This document shows, one piece after another, positions 1 to 10,047 of a DNA stretch of 64,000 nt (positions are counted from its first letter, which is position 1; every line of letters starts with the position of its first letter). The notes under the pieces are model-generated. The model was not told the origin of the DNA, did no database searches, and worked only from the letters and a program-made list of their open reading frames with translations. The DNA lies in IMG/VR virus record IMGVR_UViG_3300029319_009305, positions 1 through 64,000 of that record. The stretch is one strand, 5' to 3'. Source of the DNA: a virus. The translations under genes were made by a program, and so were the position numbers.

Positions 1-591
1 GAGGATCCTCGCAAAAAGTATGCAGGAAGTTACCCACCTCATGGCGCGACAGACAAAGAAAGATACGACATGAGAATGGCAACATTTAAGGAAGGTAAAA
101 TGAAACTGACTGGAAAACAATTGAGATCGCTTATAAATGAGTCTTTAGATTATTTAAGTCCTGAAGATAAACGCGAGGCGGATAGAAAGTCAACAAATTT
201 AAACAGGTTGTTGTCAGGTGATTCAAGTGAGATTTCACCGGTTGCTGAATTAGTTTTATCTCTTGGCGGCGATTTTTCGAAGACTGTTAGAGACGCTATA
301 AAGCAAAGTCAAGCGATAGATAATTTGAAAACAAACAATGAACTCGCGGTCATAGATGAAATCATACGAATGATAGGGTATCGTGCTTTAAGTAAATTTG
401 GGCTAGCTAAATTCAATCCACAATACGGATATTTTGAAATATCACCAGAACTTGAAGAACAACAGTTCCATCTACTCCTGAATAAATCCAAAGAAATGGT
501 GTATGGGACAAAACAAAATATTCTAAATGCAATTGAAAATGCTGTTGTTCAGACAATTGTAGCTTTTGCGGAAGTTGCAGAAGAGGATTAA
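1..591 (+). CDS. partial hypothetical protein with internal MKLTGKQLRSLINES tag motif
   Basis: Frame +1 is open from base 1, so the ORF extends beyond the window; tag motif at ATG 100. Confidence 0.7.
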   Translation, partial: EDPRKKYAGSYPPHGATDKERYDMRMATFKEGKMKLTGKQLRSLINESLDYLSPEDKREADRKSTNLNRLLSGDSSEISPVAELVLSLGGDFSKTVRDAIKQSQAIDNLKTNNELAVIDEIIRMIGYRALSKFGLAKFNPQYGYFEISPELEEQQFHLLLNKSKEMVYGTKQNILNAIENAVVQTIVAFAEVAEED

Positions 592-649
592 AATAGGGAA
601 TGTTGTACAAATACGTATTGCATTGTATACTTAATTAAAGGAGAAAATT

Positions 650-712
650 ATGTCAAACGATGAATGTAAATGCTGTGAATGCTGTACATGTGAATGTGAA
701 AGCTGCTGCTAA
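650..712 (+). CDS. Cys-rich microprotein (metallothionein-like), MSNDECKCCECCTCECESCC
   Basis: AAGGAG SD just upstream of ATG 650; 9 of 20 residues are Cys in CxC/CC motifs. Confidence 0.65.
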   Translation: MSNDECKCCECCTCECESCC

Positions 713-716
713 ATCA

Positions 717-1192
717 GGGGGCGAAACGGTATCGACGGGGTAGAATCAAGGGGAGAGTGCAAGTAGGGAAGATACGCCCTTGACAGTTCAAACACAATAA
801 TTGCAAACAACAATTACTTTTACGATTCTGCACGCTTAGCGGCTTAATCGGGTGGCTTCCTAAGGCCATCTAACCAACTTAGGATAAGTGGTTGATCTCA
901 CCGAAATAAACAAGATTAAAATGGTTACCCTAGTGGAAAGGAGTGAGGCGGTATTACGCAGGGTTCTACTGAGACAATATACGACCCAAATCGAGGAATA
1001 AGAGTCTAACAAGGGAATACTCGATTAATTGCAGGTGAAAATCCTGTCACTCTGTAGGTGGGCTTCCGAGGCTACATGGGAAGCGGGAAAACTGTGGCTA
1101 CCTTTTTGATTTGGGAATAAATCAGACAAGCTTGTGAATGACTCAAACTTAGACTATTGCGGACGCGGGTTCGACTCCCGCCGCCTCCACCA
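717..1192 (+). ncRNA. ssrA: tmRNA, tag peptide ANNNYFYDSARLAA (803-847)
   Basis: 5' GGGGGCG pairs with 3' CGCCTCC-ACCA including the G3.U70 Ala determinant; T-arm GCGGGTTCGACTCCCGC; resume context ATAATT-GCA; tag ends LAA*. Confidence 0.95.
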
Positions 1193-1286
1193 TCTTTTAT
1201 GTGATTCATAATTGTAACATTGTTAAAATGTATAATAAGCACAAGGCTTGTTATAATTGTGTTGACTTTAACAATGAGGCATACTT

Positions 1287-2816
1287 ATGAATATAATTTT
1301 TTTATTATTACTGGCATGCGGAGCTCCCCCAATAGAAAAATCAGATGAGATCTCGGATGTAGGCGACATTCCTACGCCTAGCGCAGATTTAGACCCCGAA
1401 GATTCAATTAGTGAAGATGTGACTGCTAATTACATTTTTGGTGACGAAGACAGTTTATTATACGTTCAAGTGTATAAAAATCTAGATGCAGCTGCGTCTG
1501 GTTTGGCACATGATCATGTGATGCGGTCCGCAAATTGGGAGGGTTTTGCAACTTACAACCCAGAGGATATTACGAAATGCTCGATGGGGTTCACATTACC
1601 AGTTGAAGATTTGCAAGTTGACGAACCCGCGATGCGAGAATACGTTGGATACGGTGACGAAATTTCAGCAGAAGATCGCGAAACAATTCGAGAACACATG
1701 CTAGCAGAAGACCAGTTAAATGCAAACGCATATTCTGACATTTCATTTACCAGCACAAGTTGTGAATTTGCAAGCGAAGATACGCTCACGGTAACAGGTG
1801 ACATGACTATTCGTAATGTAACACGAGAGTGGAATGTGAACTTAAGTTTTGCAGCACAGGAAGATGAGTTTTATATGTCAAGTGTTATTGACTTCACACA
1901 TTCTGATTTTAACATCATTCCATACAGCGCATTCTTCGGAGCAGTTAGCAATTCAGAACCGCTTAAAATTACATTTGATATGGTTGGCTATCGAATAGGT
2001 AACGAAGAATTACCAGAAGGCGAGGTACTTGAAGAATCGGAAGACGAAACAACACCTGAAGATTTTGACCGCGCCGGGACTTATTCGTTCACAGTTGTAG
2101 ACACATATGCAGATGTAGCCGGATGTAGCATGAGCTATTCTGCCTATATACCTGTCGGCGCTGAAAACCCACCAGTCGTGGTTCTTGGTCATGGATTTTC
2201 AAGAGGTCCACAGACAATGACTGGATGGGCTGAACACCTTAGCACGTGGGGGATTGAAGTACTGTTACCGACGCTCTGTCACTATAATGTATTTTGGGGT
2301 GTTGATCATGAACTGAATGGGCAAAACATGGTCGAGTTAGGCCAGTACCACGGTGCAGAAGAGGTCATTTATGCAGGGCACTCAGCAGGAGGCCTTGCTG
2401 CTATAATTGCTGCTAGTTTGGATAATAGCAATTTAGGCGTTTTAGGGCTGGACACGACAGACACAGAAGGCGTTTTCGGTGTCGAAGATTTTATAGGACA
2501 ACAATACGCGTCCGACGTAATTAGTCCGGCATTTTCTATAAGAGGAGAACCTACGTCCTGCAATTCAAATGGTAATGGGTTGGATCTCTTTGAGATGATA
2601 AATGACGCTTATAAAATCAAGGTTGATGAAGCAGATCATTGTGATTTCGAATTCCCTACAAATTCAGGGTGTGAGCTTAGCTGTGAAAATTCTAATCCAG
2701 CTATACCTGATAGCACTATACGACCAAAGATTATAGCTTTAGGAACCTCTGCTATCCTAACTTTAGCTGATATGACAGATGATGGTTGGGTGCTTTGGCA
2801 AGATACACATCAATAG
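1287..2816 (+). CDS. lipoprotein: YceI-like domain fused to alpha/beta hydrolase
   Basis: LLLLAC lipobox; YceI-like HDHV...I.FTS...VTGDMTIR; hydrolase HGF and GHSAGG nucleophile elbow, catalytic-His-like ADHCDF. Confidence 0.75.
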   Translation: MNIIFLLLLACGAPPIEKSDEISDVGDIPTPSADLDPEDSISEDVTANYIFGDEDSLLYVQVYKNLDAAASGLAHDHVMRSANWEGFATYNPEDITKCSMGFTLPVEDLQVDEPAMREYVGYGDEISAEDRETIREHMLAEDQLNANAYSDISFTSTSCEFASEDTLTVTGDMTIRNVTREWNVNLSFAAQEDEFYMSSVIDFTHSDFNIIPYSAFFGAVSNSEPLKITFDMVGYRIGNEELPEGEVLEESEDETTPEDFDRAGTYSFTVVDTYADVAGCSMSYSAYIPVGAENPPVVVLGHGFSRGPQTMTGWAEHLSTWGIEVLLPTLCHYNVFWGVDHELNGQNMVELGQYHGAEEVIYAGHSAGGLAAIIAASLDNSNLGVLGLDTTDTEGVFGVEDFIGQQYASDVISPAFSIRGEPTSCNSNGNGLDLFEMINDAYKIKVDEADHCDFEFPTNSGCELSCENSNPAIPDSTIRPKIIALGTSAILTLADMTDDGWVLWQDTHQ

Positions 2817-2893
2817 ACGATATTTAATTCATCTAGCTAATTTTTATCTAGACCTCTTGCTGTATGTGCGATATATATAGTAAGGGGTTTTCC

Positions 2894-3091
2894 ATGCGGA
2901 AGTTTTCTAAAATAGAAGTCATAATGACAGACAACGACGGGTATTTAGTTTTAAAGGCTCTACTACCAGAAGGTTCTATACTGTGGGCAAGAAATGTTGA
3001 TAAAGAAGTTGTTGTCTGTCTTAAGGATGATATAGGCATGGATTACTTAGAGAAAAACTTGAATTCACTTTACAGAACGTTTCACATGTAA
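2894..3091 (+). CDS. hypothetical protein
   Basis: AAGGGG SD before ATG 2894. Confidence 0.55.
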   Translation: MRKFSKIEVIMTDNDGYLVLKALLPEGSILWARNVDKEVVVCLKDDIGMDYLEKNLNSLYRTFHM

Positions 3092-3139
3092 CTGATTAAA
3101 TATTTTATTTATTTGAAGAGCAATTTAATATTTACTATC

Positions 3140-3787
3140 ATGTCTGAATTCTTTAATAACAACGATTATTTGCAATCCATTCTGAGACCTTTTGGGCCAA
3201 CAATAATGAAGTTTACGCTCCCGGATGCTTTGATTGCAGATTTTAACGCAGCCTGTGATGAAATATCTAAAAGTGAAGAATTAAAAAACAAGCTTGATTT
3301 TTCTAATTATTTAGTTGGGAAAGTTAGGCAAGAATTTTTAATACCTGACAATGTTATTGATAAACATTTAACATATTTTTATAATTGTCTCGGTGCTTAT
3401 TACAAGTTTATGTTTGAAAGCGGGCTGGTTAGAAAAGAAAAGACAAACGCAAAAAAATTGTCGGGATGGTTTGTCAGGTCATTCGCAGGAGACTTTAATC
3501 CATGTCACGTGCATAACGGTTGCAACATGTCGTGCGTTGGTTATCTTAAATTGCCTGATTGGGAAGCAGAAAAAAAGGCTGATTCACAAGATAACTGTCC
3601 GTGTGTAGGATTAATTGATTTCATATACGGTAGTGTTACACCTATGCAAAGACACAACTGGTCTGCTGAACCAAAGATTGGTGACTTTTATTTATTCCCA
3701 TCTAACTTAGTGCACACTGTCTATCCTTTTAAATCGGATGGTGAACGAAGGTCCTTTAGTATTAATTTTAATTTATCGATTGAATAA
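3140..3787 (+). CDS. 2OG-Fe(II) oxygenase-like protein (phage type)
   Basis: HxH (CHVHN), FPSNLVHTVYPF and RRSFSIN motifs. Confidence 0.8.
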   Translation: MSEFFNNNDYLQSILRPFGPTIMKFTLPDALIADFNAACDEISKSEELKNKLDFSNYLVGKVRQEFLIPDNVIDKHLTYFYNCLGAYYKFMFESGLVRKEKTNAKKLSGWFVRSFAGDFNPCHVHNGCNMSCVGYLKLPDWEAEKKADSQDNCPCVGLIDFIYGSVTPMQRHNWSAEPKIGDFYLFPSNLVHTVYPFKSDGERRSFSINFNLSIE

Positions 3788-3857
3788 AATTTAATAAAGT
3801 TTTGTAAACATCATAACTAAAATTATATAATATAATACTTTTAAAAGGAGGTGATAC

Positions 3858-3938
3858 GTGGATCCGTTTATGATGGTTTTTATGCCAATGATGTTTGTAT
3901 GCTTTGGTTTTATGACTTTTGTTTTAGGCGTTAAATAG
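3858..3938 (+). CDS. 26-aa Met/Phe-rich membrane peptide
   Basis: Perfect AAGGAGGT SD, GTG start, MDPFMMVFMPMMFVCFGFMTFVLGVK; abuts next gene. Confidence 0.5.
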   Translation: MDPFMMVFMPMMFVCFGFMTFVLGVK

Positions 3939-4328
3939 ATGAATAAAGAATTACAAGATAGACTTTTTGAAAAATACCCTAAAATATTTCGTCAAAAAGA
4001 CCTTTCCCCTCAAGAAACTTGTATGTGTTGGGGTATTGCATGCGGTGATGGATGGTATGATATCATTGATACACTTTGTCATCAAATTCAAAACTACGTT
4101 GATGATAACAAAATACCGCAAGTTGAGGCTTTGCAAGTCAAATCAAAATGGGGTACTTTAAGATTTTATGTGTATGGTGGAGATCAATACGTCCAGGGAT
4201 TGATTAGCATGGCCGAAGCGATGACTAGTTGCACTAAAGAATTTAACGATAAAGAAAAAATTTATGAATCGTATAAGAAGATCATAGATCAACACAATGA
4301 TGCATTTAAACAACTAAAAGATGACTAA
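3939..4328 (+). CDS. conserved phage hypothetical protein
   Basis: CGDGWY and QVKSKWGTLRFY motifs typical of a common phage family. Confidence 0.7.
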   Translation: MNKELQDRLFEKYPKIFRQKDLSPQETCMCWGIACGDGWYDIIDTLCHQIQNYVDDNKIPQVEALQVKSKWGTLRFYVYGGDQYVQGLISMAEAMTSCTKEFNDKEKIYESYKKIIDQHNDAFKQLKDD

Positions 4329-4396
4329 TACTCATTTTAAATTTTATAAACATCAATGTTTGATTTGATATAATAGTTAAGTCACGGGATACTTGA

Positions 4397-5857
4397 ATGC
4401 ATGTTAATAAGAATTATAAAACAAATAAACTAACTGAAATATCTGTTAGAGAAGAAGGGAGCTTTGTTAATAATGCGGGAGCATTATGCACATACACGGG
4501 TGAACACACCGGCCGATCTCCAGGAGCAAAGTTCATAGTTTATGATAGTATAACAAGTGATACCGTTGATTGGACAAACAATAATAAAATTGGTGTTGAT
4601 GTCTTCGATGAGCACTATAGTAGATTTTTAGGATATAAAAATCAATTAGAAAAAGTGTATTTACAAGAAGTTAGTGCTGTCAAAGATAAAGAATACTCTT
4701 TGAATATCAATGTCTGGACACAATTTGCAAAGCATAGCATGTTTGCTAGAAACATGTTTACTCCTTGCGATAGCGATGAAAATTTTGAAGCTGATTACAA
4801 CATTTATCATTTTCCTTTATTAGACAACAATCCAACAGTTTTGATATCTTTAAAAGAGAAAGTCATCTTAATAACAGGAACTCTGTATTCTGGGGAAATT
4901 AAAAAGAGTATTTTTACTGTACTGAATTATTTGTTCCCTGAAGAACATGAATTTTTACCAATGCACTGTTCTGTTAACACAGATATGGCAGGAAATAATC
5001 CGGCAATATTTTTTGGGTTATCAGGCACCGGAAAGACAACATTAAGCTCAGATGTAAATAGAATTCTAATAGGAGATGATGAGCATGGATGGACTGATAA
5101 AGGGTTAGTTAATTTTGAGAATGGTTGCTATGCAAAGACAATCAACTTATCTAAAGAAGCAGAACCACAGATTTGGGAAGCATGTAATAGAAAGGGCGCA
5201 ATCTTAGAGAACGTTGTGATTAATGATGGAGAACCGGATTTTTGTGATAAAAAGCACACACAAAATGGCAGAGCATCTTATCCTTTTTCGTTTATTAAAA
5301 ATTCATCTGAGACTGGGCTGGTCAATCAACACCCTAAGAATATTGTTATGCTTACGTGCGATTCTTTCGGTGTTTTGCCACCGGTTGCAAAACTCACTGC
5401 TCGAGAAGCAGTTGAACAGTTTTTGCTTGGTTATACGTCAAAAGTTGCTGGGACTGAATCTGGGATCACAGAACCTGTCGCAACGTTTTCACCATGCTTT
5501 GGTTTGCCTTTTATGCCATTACCGCCAAAAAGATATGGTGAATTGCTCCAGAAGAAAATAAGCGATCACAATGTTAACTGCTGGTTGGTTAACACCGGGT
5601 GGTTGGGAGGAGGTTACGGCGTTGGAAATAGAATACCAATTGCTATAACTCGAAAGATTATAGATAAAATTTTAGATGGAACACTTTCAAGCTGTGAAAC
5701 AATAGTTCACCCTGCTACAAAGTTGCTAATACCAGTCACATCAGAAATACCTGTTGAAATATTATTGCCTGAAGTTGGTTGGTCTAATTTAGATGAATAC
5801 AAAAAAGCTGCTGCGCAGTTAAATAAAAAGTTTGATAATCAAAGAAATAATCAATGA
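4397..5857 (+). CDS. pckA: phosphoenolpyruvate carboxykinase (ATP)
   Basis: TGRSP, YSGEIKK, MHCS, FGLSGTGKTTLS, LIGDDEHGW, NFENGCYAK, FSPCFG, LVNTGW motifs. Confidence 0.95.
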   Translation: MHVNKNYKTNKLTEISVREEGSFVNNAGALCTYTGEHTGRSPGAKFIVYDSITSDTVDWTNNNKIGVDVFDEHYSRFLGYKNQLEKVYLQEVSAVKDKEYSLNINVWTQFAKHSMFARNMFTPCDSDENFEADYNIYHFPLLDNNPTVLISLKEKVILITGTLYSGEIKKSIFTVLNYLFPEEHEFLPMHCSVNTDMAGNNPAIFFGLSGTGKTTLSSDVNRILIGDDEHGWTDKGLVNFENGCYAKTINLSKEAEPQIWEACNRKGAILENVVINDGEPDFCDKKHTQNGRASYPFSFIKNSSETGLVNQHPKNIVMLTCDSFGVLPPVAKLTAREAVEQFLLGYTSKVAGTESGITEPVATFSPCFGLPFMPLPPKRYGELLQKKISDHNVNCWLVNTGWLGGGYGVGNRIPIAITRKIIDKILDGTLSSCETIVHPATKLLIPVTSEIPVEILLPEVGWSNLDEYKKAAAQLNKKFDNQRNNQ

Positions 5858-6054
5858 AAGTTGGCGATTTGGTGAAAAACAAATTAAAAGGTGCTGAATC
5901 ACCAATAGGCATGATTGTAGAAATTAAAAAAATGGCCGTTGAAGATGTTTATTGTAATCGTTGGGAATATCCAGATTACATAAGAGTAATGTATTCTAAC
6001 GGAGATATTGAATTTAATCCCACTGCGCTATATGAATTAATTTCAGAAAATTAA
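5854..6054 (+). CDS. small 'GDLV' SH3/KOW-like family protein
   Basis: MKVGDLV start; ATGA overlap with pckA. Confidence 0.7.
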   Translation: MKVGDLVKNKLKGAESPIGMIVEIKKMAVEDVYCNRWEYPDYIRVMYSNGDIEFNPTALYELISEN

Positions 6055-6111
6055 TATATTGCTTTATAATTATTGATGTTTATTATTGTCAAACAAAGGA
6101 GGTTGACTAAA

Positions 6112-6612
6112 ATGAAGTTATCTAGAAAAGAAATACGTGAGATGATCAATGAAGTAGCACATAAAATGGAAGGTTCGCACATTCCAGATCCTATCATTGT
6201 TAATCCAGAAGCAACAGGCGTCATAACTGTTCTCGTTGACAAGACTCATTCAGCGTTAGGTGAGATTGAAGCAGGACATCTAGGCAACACTCGTCAAATT
6301 CACGGTGGCAAGCAAGTTCAGATATCTCTAGCAAAAAATCCTAAACTCGCGGTGAGCGTCATCGCAGACCTCTTGTCAGCAGGTCTTAAGACTGTTACTG
6401 AAGAAGAAATAAACAGAACTGTTAATAAGATTGAGTATAAAGCTTATGATCACACATATGAACTTCATAACATTTCTCCTGACCAGGAAGAGGCCGGAAT
6501 AAGACCTGGAGTATATCCAACACACAGATCTCCGGACCGTAGGTTTCCGAAACCTGAAGAAAGGCAACCCTTCTCCAGGATGCAAGGTTTCCGGGATAAA
6601 ATGGGTTTTTAA
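6112..6612 (+). CDS. hypothetical protein with MKLSRKEIREMINE tag
   Basis: AAGGAGG SD; tag motif. Confidence 0.7.
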   Translation: MKLSRKEIREMINEVAHKMEGSHIPDPIIVNPEATGVITVLVDKTHSALGEIEAGHLGNTRQIHGGKQVQISLAKNPKLAVSVIADLLSAGLKTVTEEEINRTVNKIEYKAYDHTYELHNISPDQEEAGIRPGVYPTHRSPDRRFPKPEERQPFSRMQGFRDKMGF

Positions 6613-6721
6613 TACTTAAAAAAACCTGTACACTTTCTCTTTTATGTATATAATTATATACGTGACGCCATTTTGGGTCACTTAACATAATAAGTCACTT
6701 GCTTAAATAAGGAGAAAGACA

Positions 6722-7165
6722 ATGACTGGATTAACACTACGGGCTAGTGTCCCCGCCCTATTGGGACGCAATTCACTCGATCAGCTATTTGATTCATTTT
6801 TCGCGAATCCGATACCTGTTATCGAAAAAACAACACAGGGTTATCCTGTAACTGACATCTACAAGGATGATGAAGGTAATCAAATTATTGAGATGGCACT
6901 TGCCGGGTTTGTAAAAGAAGATATCGATATATCGTGCGGACCTAATAGAAGTCTCATTATCAGTTGTGACAAGGGTTCAGATCCTGATGATCTGGTTCGG
7001 GGTCGTCAGCGAAGGATTGCGAGAAGAAGCTTTAAGAAGACATTTGTTGATTACTATAATCAACTTGATTTTGATAAGAGCAAAGCATCTTTCGAGAACG
7101 GGCTTCTTCGTGTCTCTATCCCCCCTGTCTCACAGGAAGTTTATAAAACAATCGATATAACATAA
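6722..7165 (+). CDS. small heat shock protein Hsp20
   Basis: YPVTDIY, IEMALAGF, IARRSF and ASFENGLLRVSIP alpha-crystallin motifs; TAAGGAG SD. Confidence 0.9.
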   Translation: MTGLTLRASVPALLGRNSLDQLFDSFFANPIPVIEKTTQGYPVTDIYKDDEGNQIIEMALAGFVKEDIDISCGPNRSLIISCDKGSDPDDLVRGRQRRIARRSFKKTFVDYYNQLDFDKSKASFENGLLRVSIPPVSQEVYKTIDIT

Positions 7166-7275
7166 GATATCAAATGGCGTCCCTCTTGTAGGTGGGTTTT
7201 AGAGAAAGAGGTTATCTCTAAATATTTTTTTGAACCTCTACTTATTGGTGAATACTTATAGGTAGAGGTTTTATT

Positions 7276-7881
7276 ATGAAACTAACAAGAAAAGAATTGC
7301 GAACTTTGGTTGAAAAAACATTAATTAAAGATCGAAAACAAAAAGTCATATCAGAAAGTTTAATGTACCACATCCAACATGGTGTTGGTGTTGATCAAAA
7401 TATTCATCGTCCTGGATCTGATGCTTTTTTTGCACTCTTTAAAGAAGTTCGCTTGTTAAGCAACGCAGGATTATATAGTTTAAATGAATCAGAATACAAT
7501 CTGTTAAACAATTCAGACTTAGGTGATTTTGGCTATTACGAAGGAAAACGTGTTCCTCTGGACTATCCCATGCTTTACGATGAAGAATTATCTGAAGCTA
7601 AGTACAAAGGTCGCAAAGTTAAACTTGGTAAAAAAGGAGCACAGCGAATTGGTGGTGGTAAGGCTAGAGTTTATGTAAGAAATGATAAAGGTAAGGTTGT
7701 AAAAGTAGAGTTTGGTTCATCGATGCCCGATGCAATGGGTGATTCAGAGGCACACAAAAAAAGAAGAAAAAGCTATGGTAATAGGCACCGGTGTTCGGAA
7801 AAGAAAGATAAGACTAAGCCAGGCTACTGGTCTTGTCGATTGACAAAGCTTTTTGGTAGAAATATTGCTGGGTGGTGGTAG
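7276..7881 (+). CDS. tagged phage protein with basic C-terminal domain (VKVEFG...RHRC...YWSC)
   Basis: MKLTRKEL tag; C-terminal motif pattern common in large myovirus-like genomes. Confidence 0.75.
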   Translation: MKLTRKELRTLVEKTLIKDRKQKVISESLMYHIQHGVGVDQNIHRPGSDAFFALFKEVRLLSNAGLYSLNESEYNLLNNSDLGDFGYYEGKRVPLDYPMLYDEELSEAKYKGRKVKLGKKGAQRIGGGKARVYVRNDKGKVVKVEFGSSMPDAMGDSEAHKKRRKSYGNRHRCSEKKDKTKPGYWSCRLTKLFGRNIAGWW

Positions 7882-7883
7882 TT

Positions 7884-8288
7884 ATGCTTTCTAAGTTAGA
7901 ATTACGTCTTTTGATTCTGGAAGAGACAATTTCAATTTTAGAAGGTAAAAAAAGGAAAAAGAAGCGAGATCCTAAAAAAGGGACAGGTAAAAAACCGAAA
8001 GGCAGTGGTCGAAGATTATATACTGATGAGGATCCAACAGATACTGTGAGGGTAAAATTTCGAACTGTTACCGACATCAAAGATACTTTACGTAAAAAAA
8101 GCTTCAAAAGTAAGAGTCATAAGCGTCAGTCACAGATAATTAATCTTATACACCAGAGAGTCCGAGCAGCATATAAAAACGCAAAAGATCCAAAGACTAA
8201 AGCTCGACTAAAACGAGCATACGACTACGCAAAAGAGAGAAAAGAAGCATCAAAGAGAAAAACCCAGAGGCTAAATAAGAAGAAATGA
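7884..8288 (+). CDS. basic hypothetical protein (GTGKKPKGSGRRLYTDE motif)
   Basis: Operon-coupled, Lys/Arg-rich, tag-like N-terminus. Confidence 0.7.
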   Translation: MLSKLELRLLILEETISILEGKKRKKKRDPKKGTGKKPKGSGRRLYTDEDPTDTVRVKFRTVTDIKDTLRKKSFKSKSHKRQSQIINLIHQRVRAAYKNAKDPKTKARLKRAYDYAKERKEASKRKTQRLNKKK

Positions 8289-9007
8289 AAATTACCCGTA
8301 GACAACTTAAAATGATTATTGAGTCTTTTCTTATAGAAAAGACAACAACTGCTAAAATGAAGTGTCCAAAGTGTGGAACAATCAACGAAGTAGGCGTCGA
8401 CAAGTGCACTAACTGCGGCCATGATTATGATGCAAAATTTCAAGGAAAGCCTTGGGAACCTGCAAAGAGTCTTCGAGAACGATTAATAAAGCGAGCTGAC
8501 AGGAATGAGTCGATTCAAGAAGAAAGAAAAAGAGGGCGATCAAAAGAAACACAGTGTCCAACTGCAACGCTGGACATAAGTGTTAACACAGCCAACCGCG
8601 ACCGAGCTCGAAAACTCGATTGGATTATGTACGGGCCACTTAATGTTGAATTTCCTGGTAAATACTGGAAAAAGATAGCAGCAAAATGGGGAACTTCATC
8701 TAAAGCTGCAAAGAAATCTAACTGCGGTAATTGTGTTGCTTTTGATCTATCACCTAAGATGGTTGATGAGTGCATACCCGCAATAACATCTGAACCTGTT
8801 GCTGATGAATTTGGTGTATTAGGATATTGCTGGATGCACCATTTCAAGTGTCATAGCGCTAGGACTTGCAACACTTGGGCATCTGGAGGTCCCATCAAGA
8901 CTGATGAAGTATCAGGTGAATGGTTTGATAGAAATAAAGAAGGTGCACTTAAGAAAGATCCAATTGATACAGATATTTATAAAGATGATACTGAAGGTGG
9001 AAAATGA
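8285..9007 (+). CDS. tagged Cys-rich protein (zinc ribbon plus CGNC...C..HHFKC...C domain)
   Basis: MKITRRQL tag; CPKC/CTNC ribbon. Confidence 0.75.
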   Translation: MKITRRQLKMIIESFLIEKTTTAKMKCPKCGTINEVGVDKCTNCGHDYDAKFQGKPWEPAKSLRERLIKRADRNESIQEERKRGRSKETQCPTATLDISVNTANRDRARKLDWIMYGPLNVEFPGKYWKKIAAKWGTSSKAAKKSNCGNCVAFDLSPKMVDECIPAITSEPVADEFGVLGYCWMHHFKCHSARTCNTWASGGPIKTDEVSGEWFDRNKEGALKKDPIDTDIYKDDTEGGK

Positions 9008-10047
9008 AAAAACCATATTATGAAAGTGTGTTATCAGAAAACACAGTAATCAGAGGCTTTTCGCAGACTGTACCCCAGTCTGATTTAGTTTGGCATCGTG
9101 ACGCTGAGTATAGAACGATTACAGTCGTAGAAGGTCGAGGTTGGAAATTTCAGCGTGATAACCAACTACCTCAAATTTTAAATGAGGGTGATACAGTTAC
9201 TGTTAAAGCAGGCGAGTATCACAGGCTCATAAAGGGTAATACAGACTTAGTTGTTACAATTGTCAAAGAAGGAAAAAAGAAAGACCAGAACAAAGATGGT
9301 AAGAATAACTTCGAGGATGTAAAAATTGCTAGGATGAAAGCTTCTGGCATGTCAGACAAAGAGATTAGAGAAAAGCATCCTGAGTTATTTGAAAAGTACA
9401 TCAATGAGAAAAAGAAGGGGCATCCTAGACAGTATGATGCACCTGAAGGTTCCCTTCGAGATAAAGCATTAGACGCAGTTCAAGCTATGCTTAAGCGAGC
9501 TAAGAAATTGCGTAAGGATGGTAAGGCAGGAGAAGCTAAAGACCTTGAGCAACGTGCCTATAAAAAAAGAGAGAGAATGGAGAAAAAGGAAAGAGACAAA
9601 AAGAAAAAGAATGAAGTGGTACAGGAAACAAGAATTAACGACCCTGATATCTTGAGTGAGTTAATTGAAGAGATTATTGAAGAAGAAAAATTGTATCTAG
9701 CACTCGAGGAAGTTTATGAGCGAGAAGAAGAGCGTTATGATACATTGAATGAAAAGAAGAAACGTAAAAAGAAGAAACGCAAAAAGAAAAAATCCGGTAG
9801 CCGAAAGCTTTCTAAGTCTATCAAGAAAGCTTTAGATAAAAAAGCTGATGCTCGCTGCTTGACTCGAGGTTCTGTGTACAGAGAATTTCGTGCAGGTTTA
9901 GGAGCATACTATTCTTCCGGATCGCGCAAGGGTATGACCCCTCACCAGTGGGCGTATGCGAGAGTTAACTCTGCGCAACCAAGTAAAGATTGGGCTAAAG
10001 TTAAAAAACGTAAGAAATGCCCAAAAAAGAAAAGAGGTAAAAAATGA
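9004..10047 (+). CDS. multidomain protein: cupin-like N-terminus, EF-hand-like DQNKDG, basic C-terminal QWAYARVN domain
   Basis: LVWHRD...YHRLIKG cupin pattern; operon-coupled. Confidence 0.7.
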   Translation: MKKPYYESVLSENTVIRGFSQTVPQSDLVWHRDAEYRTITVVEGRGWKFQRDNQLPQILNEGDTVTVKAGEYHRLIKGNTDLVVTIVKEGKKKDQNKDGKNNFEDVKIARMKASGMSDKEIREKHPELFEKYINEKKKGHPRQYDAPEGSLRDKALDAVQAMLKRAKKLRKDGKAGEAKDLEQRAYKKRERMEKKERDKKKKNEVVQETRINDPDILSELIEEIIEEEKLYLALEEVYEREEERYDTLNEKKKRKKKKRKKKKSGSRKLSKSIKKALDKKADARCLTRGSVYREFRAGLGAYYSSGSRKGMTPHQWAYARVNSAQPSKDWAKVKKRKKCPKKKRGKK

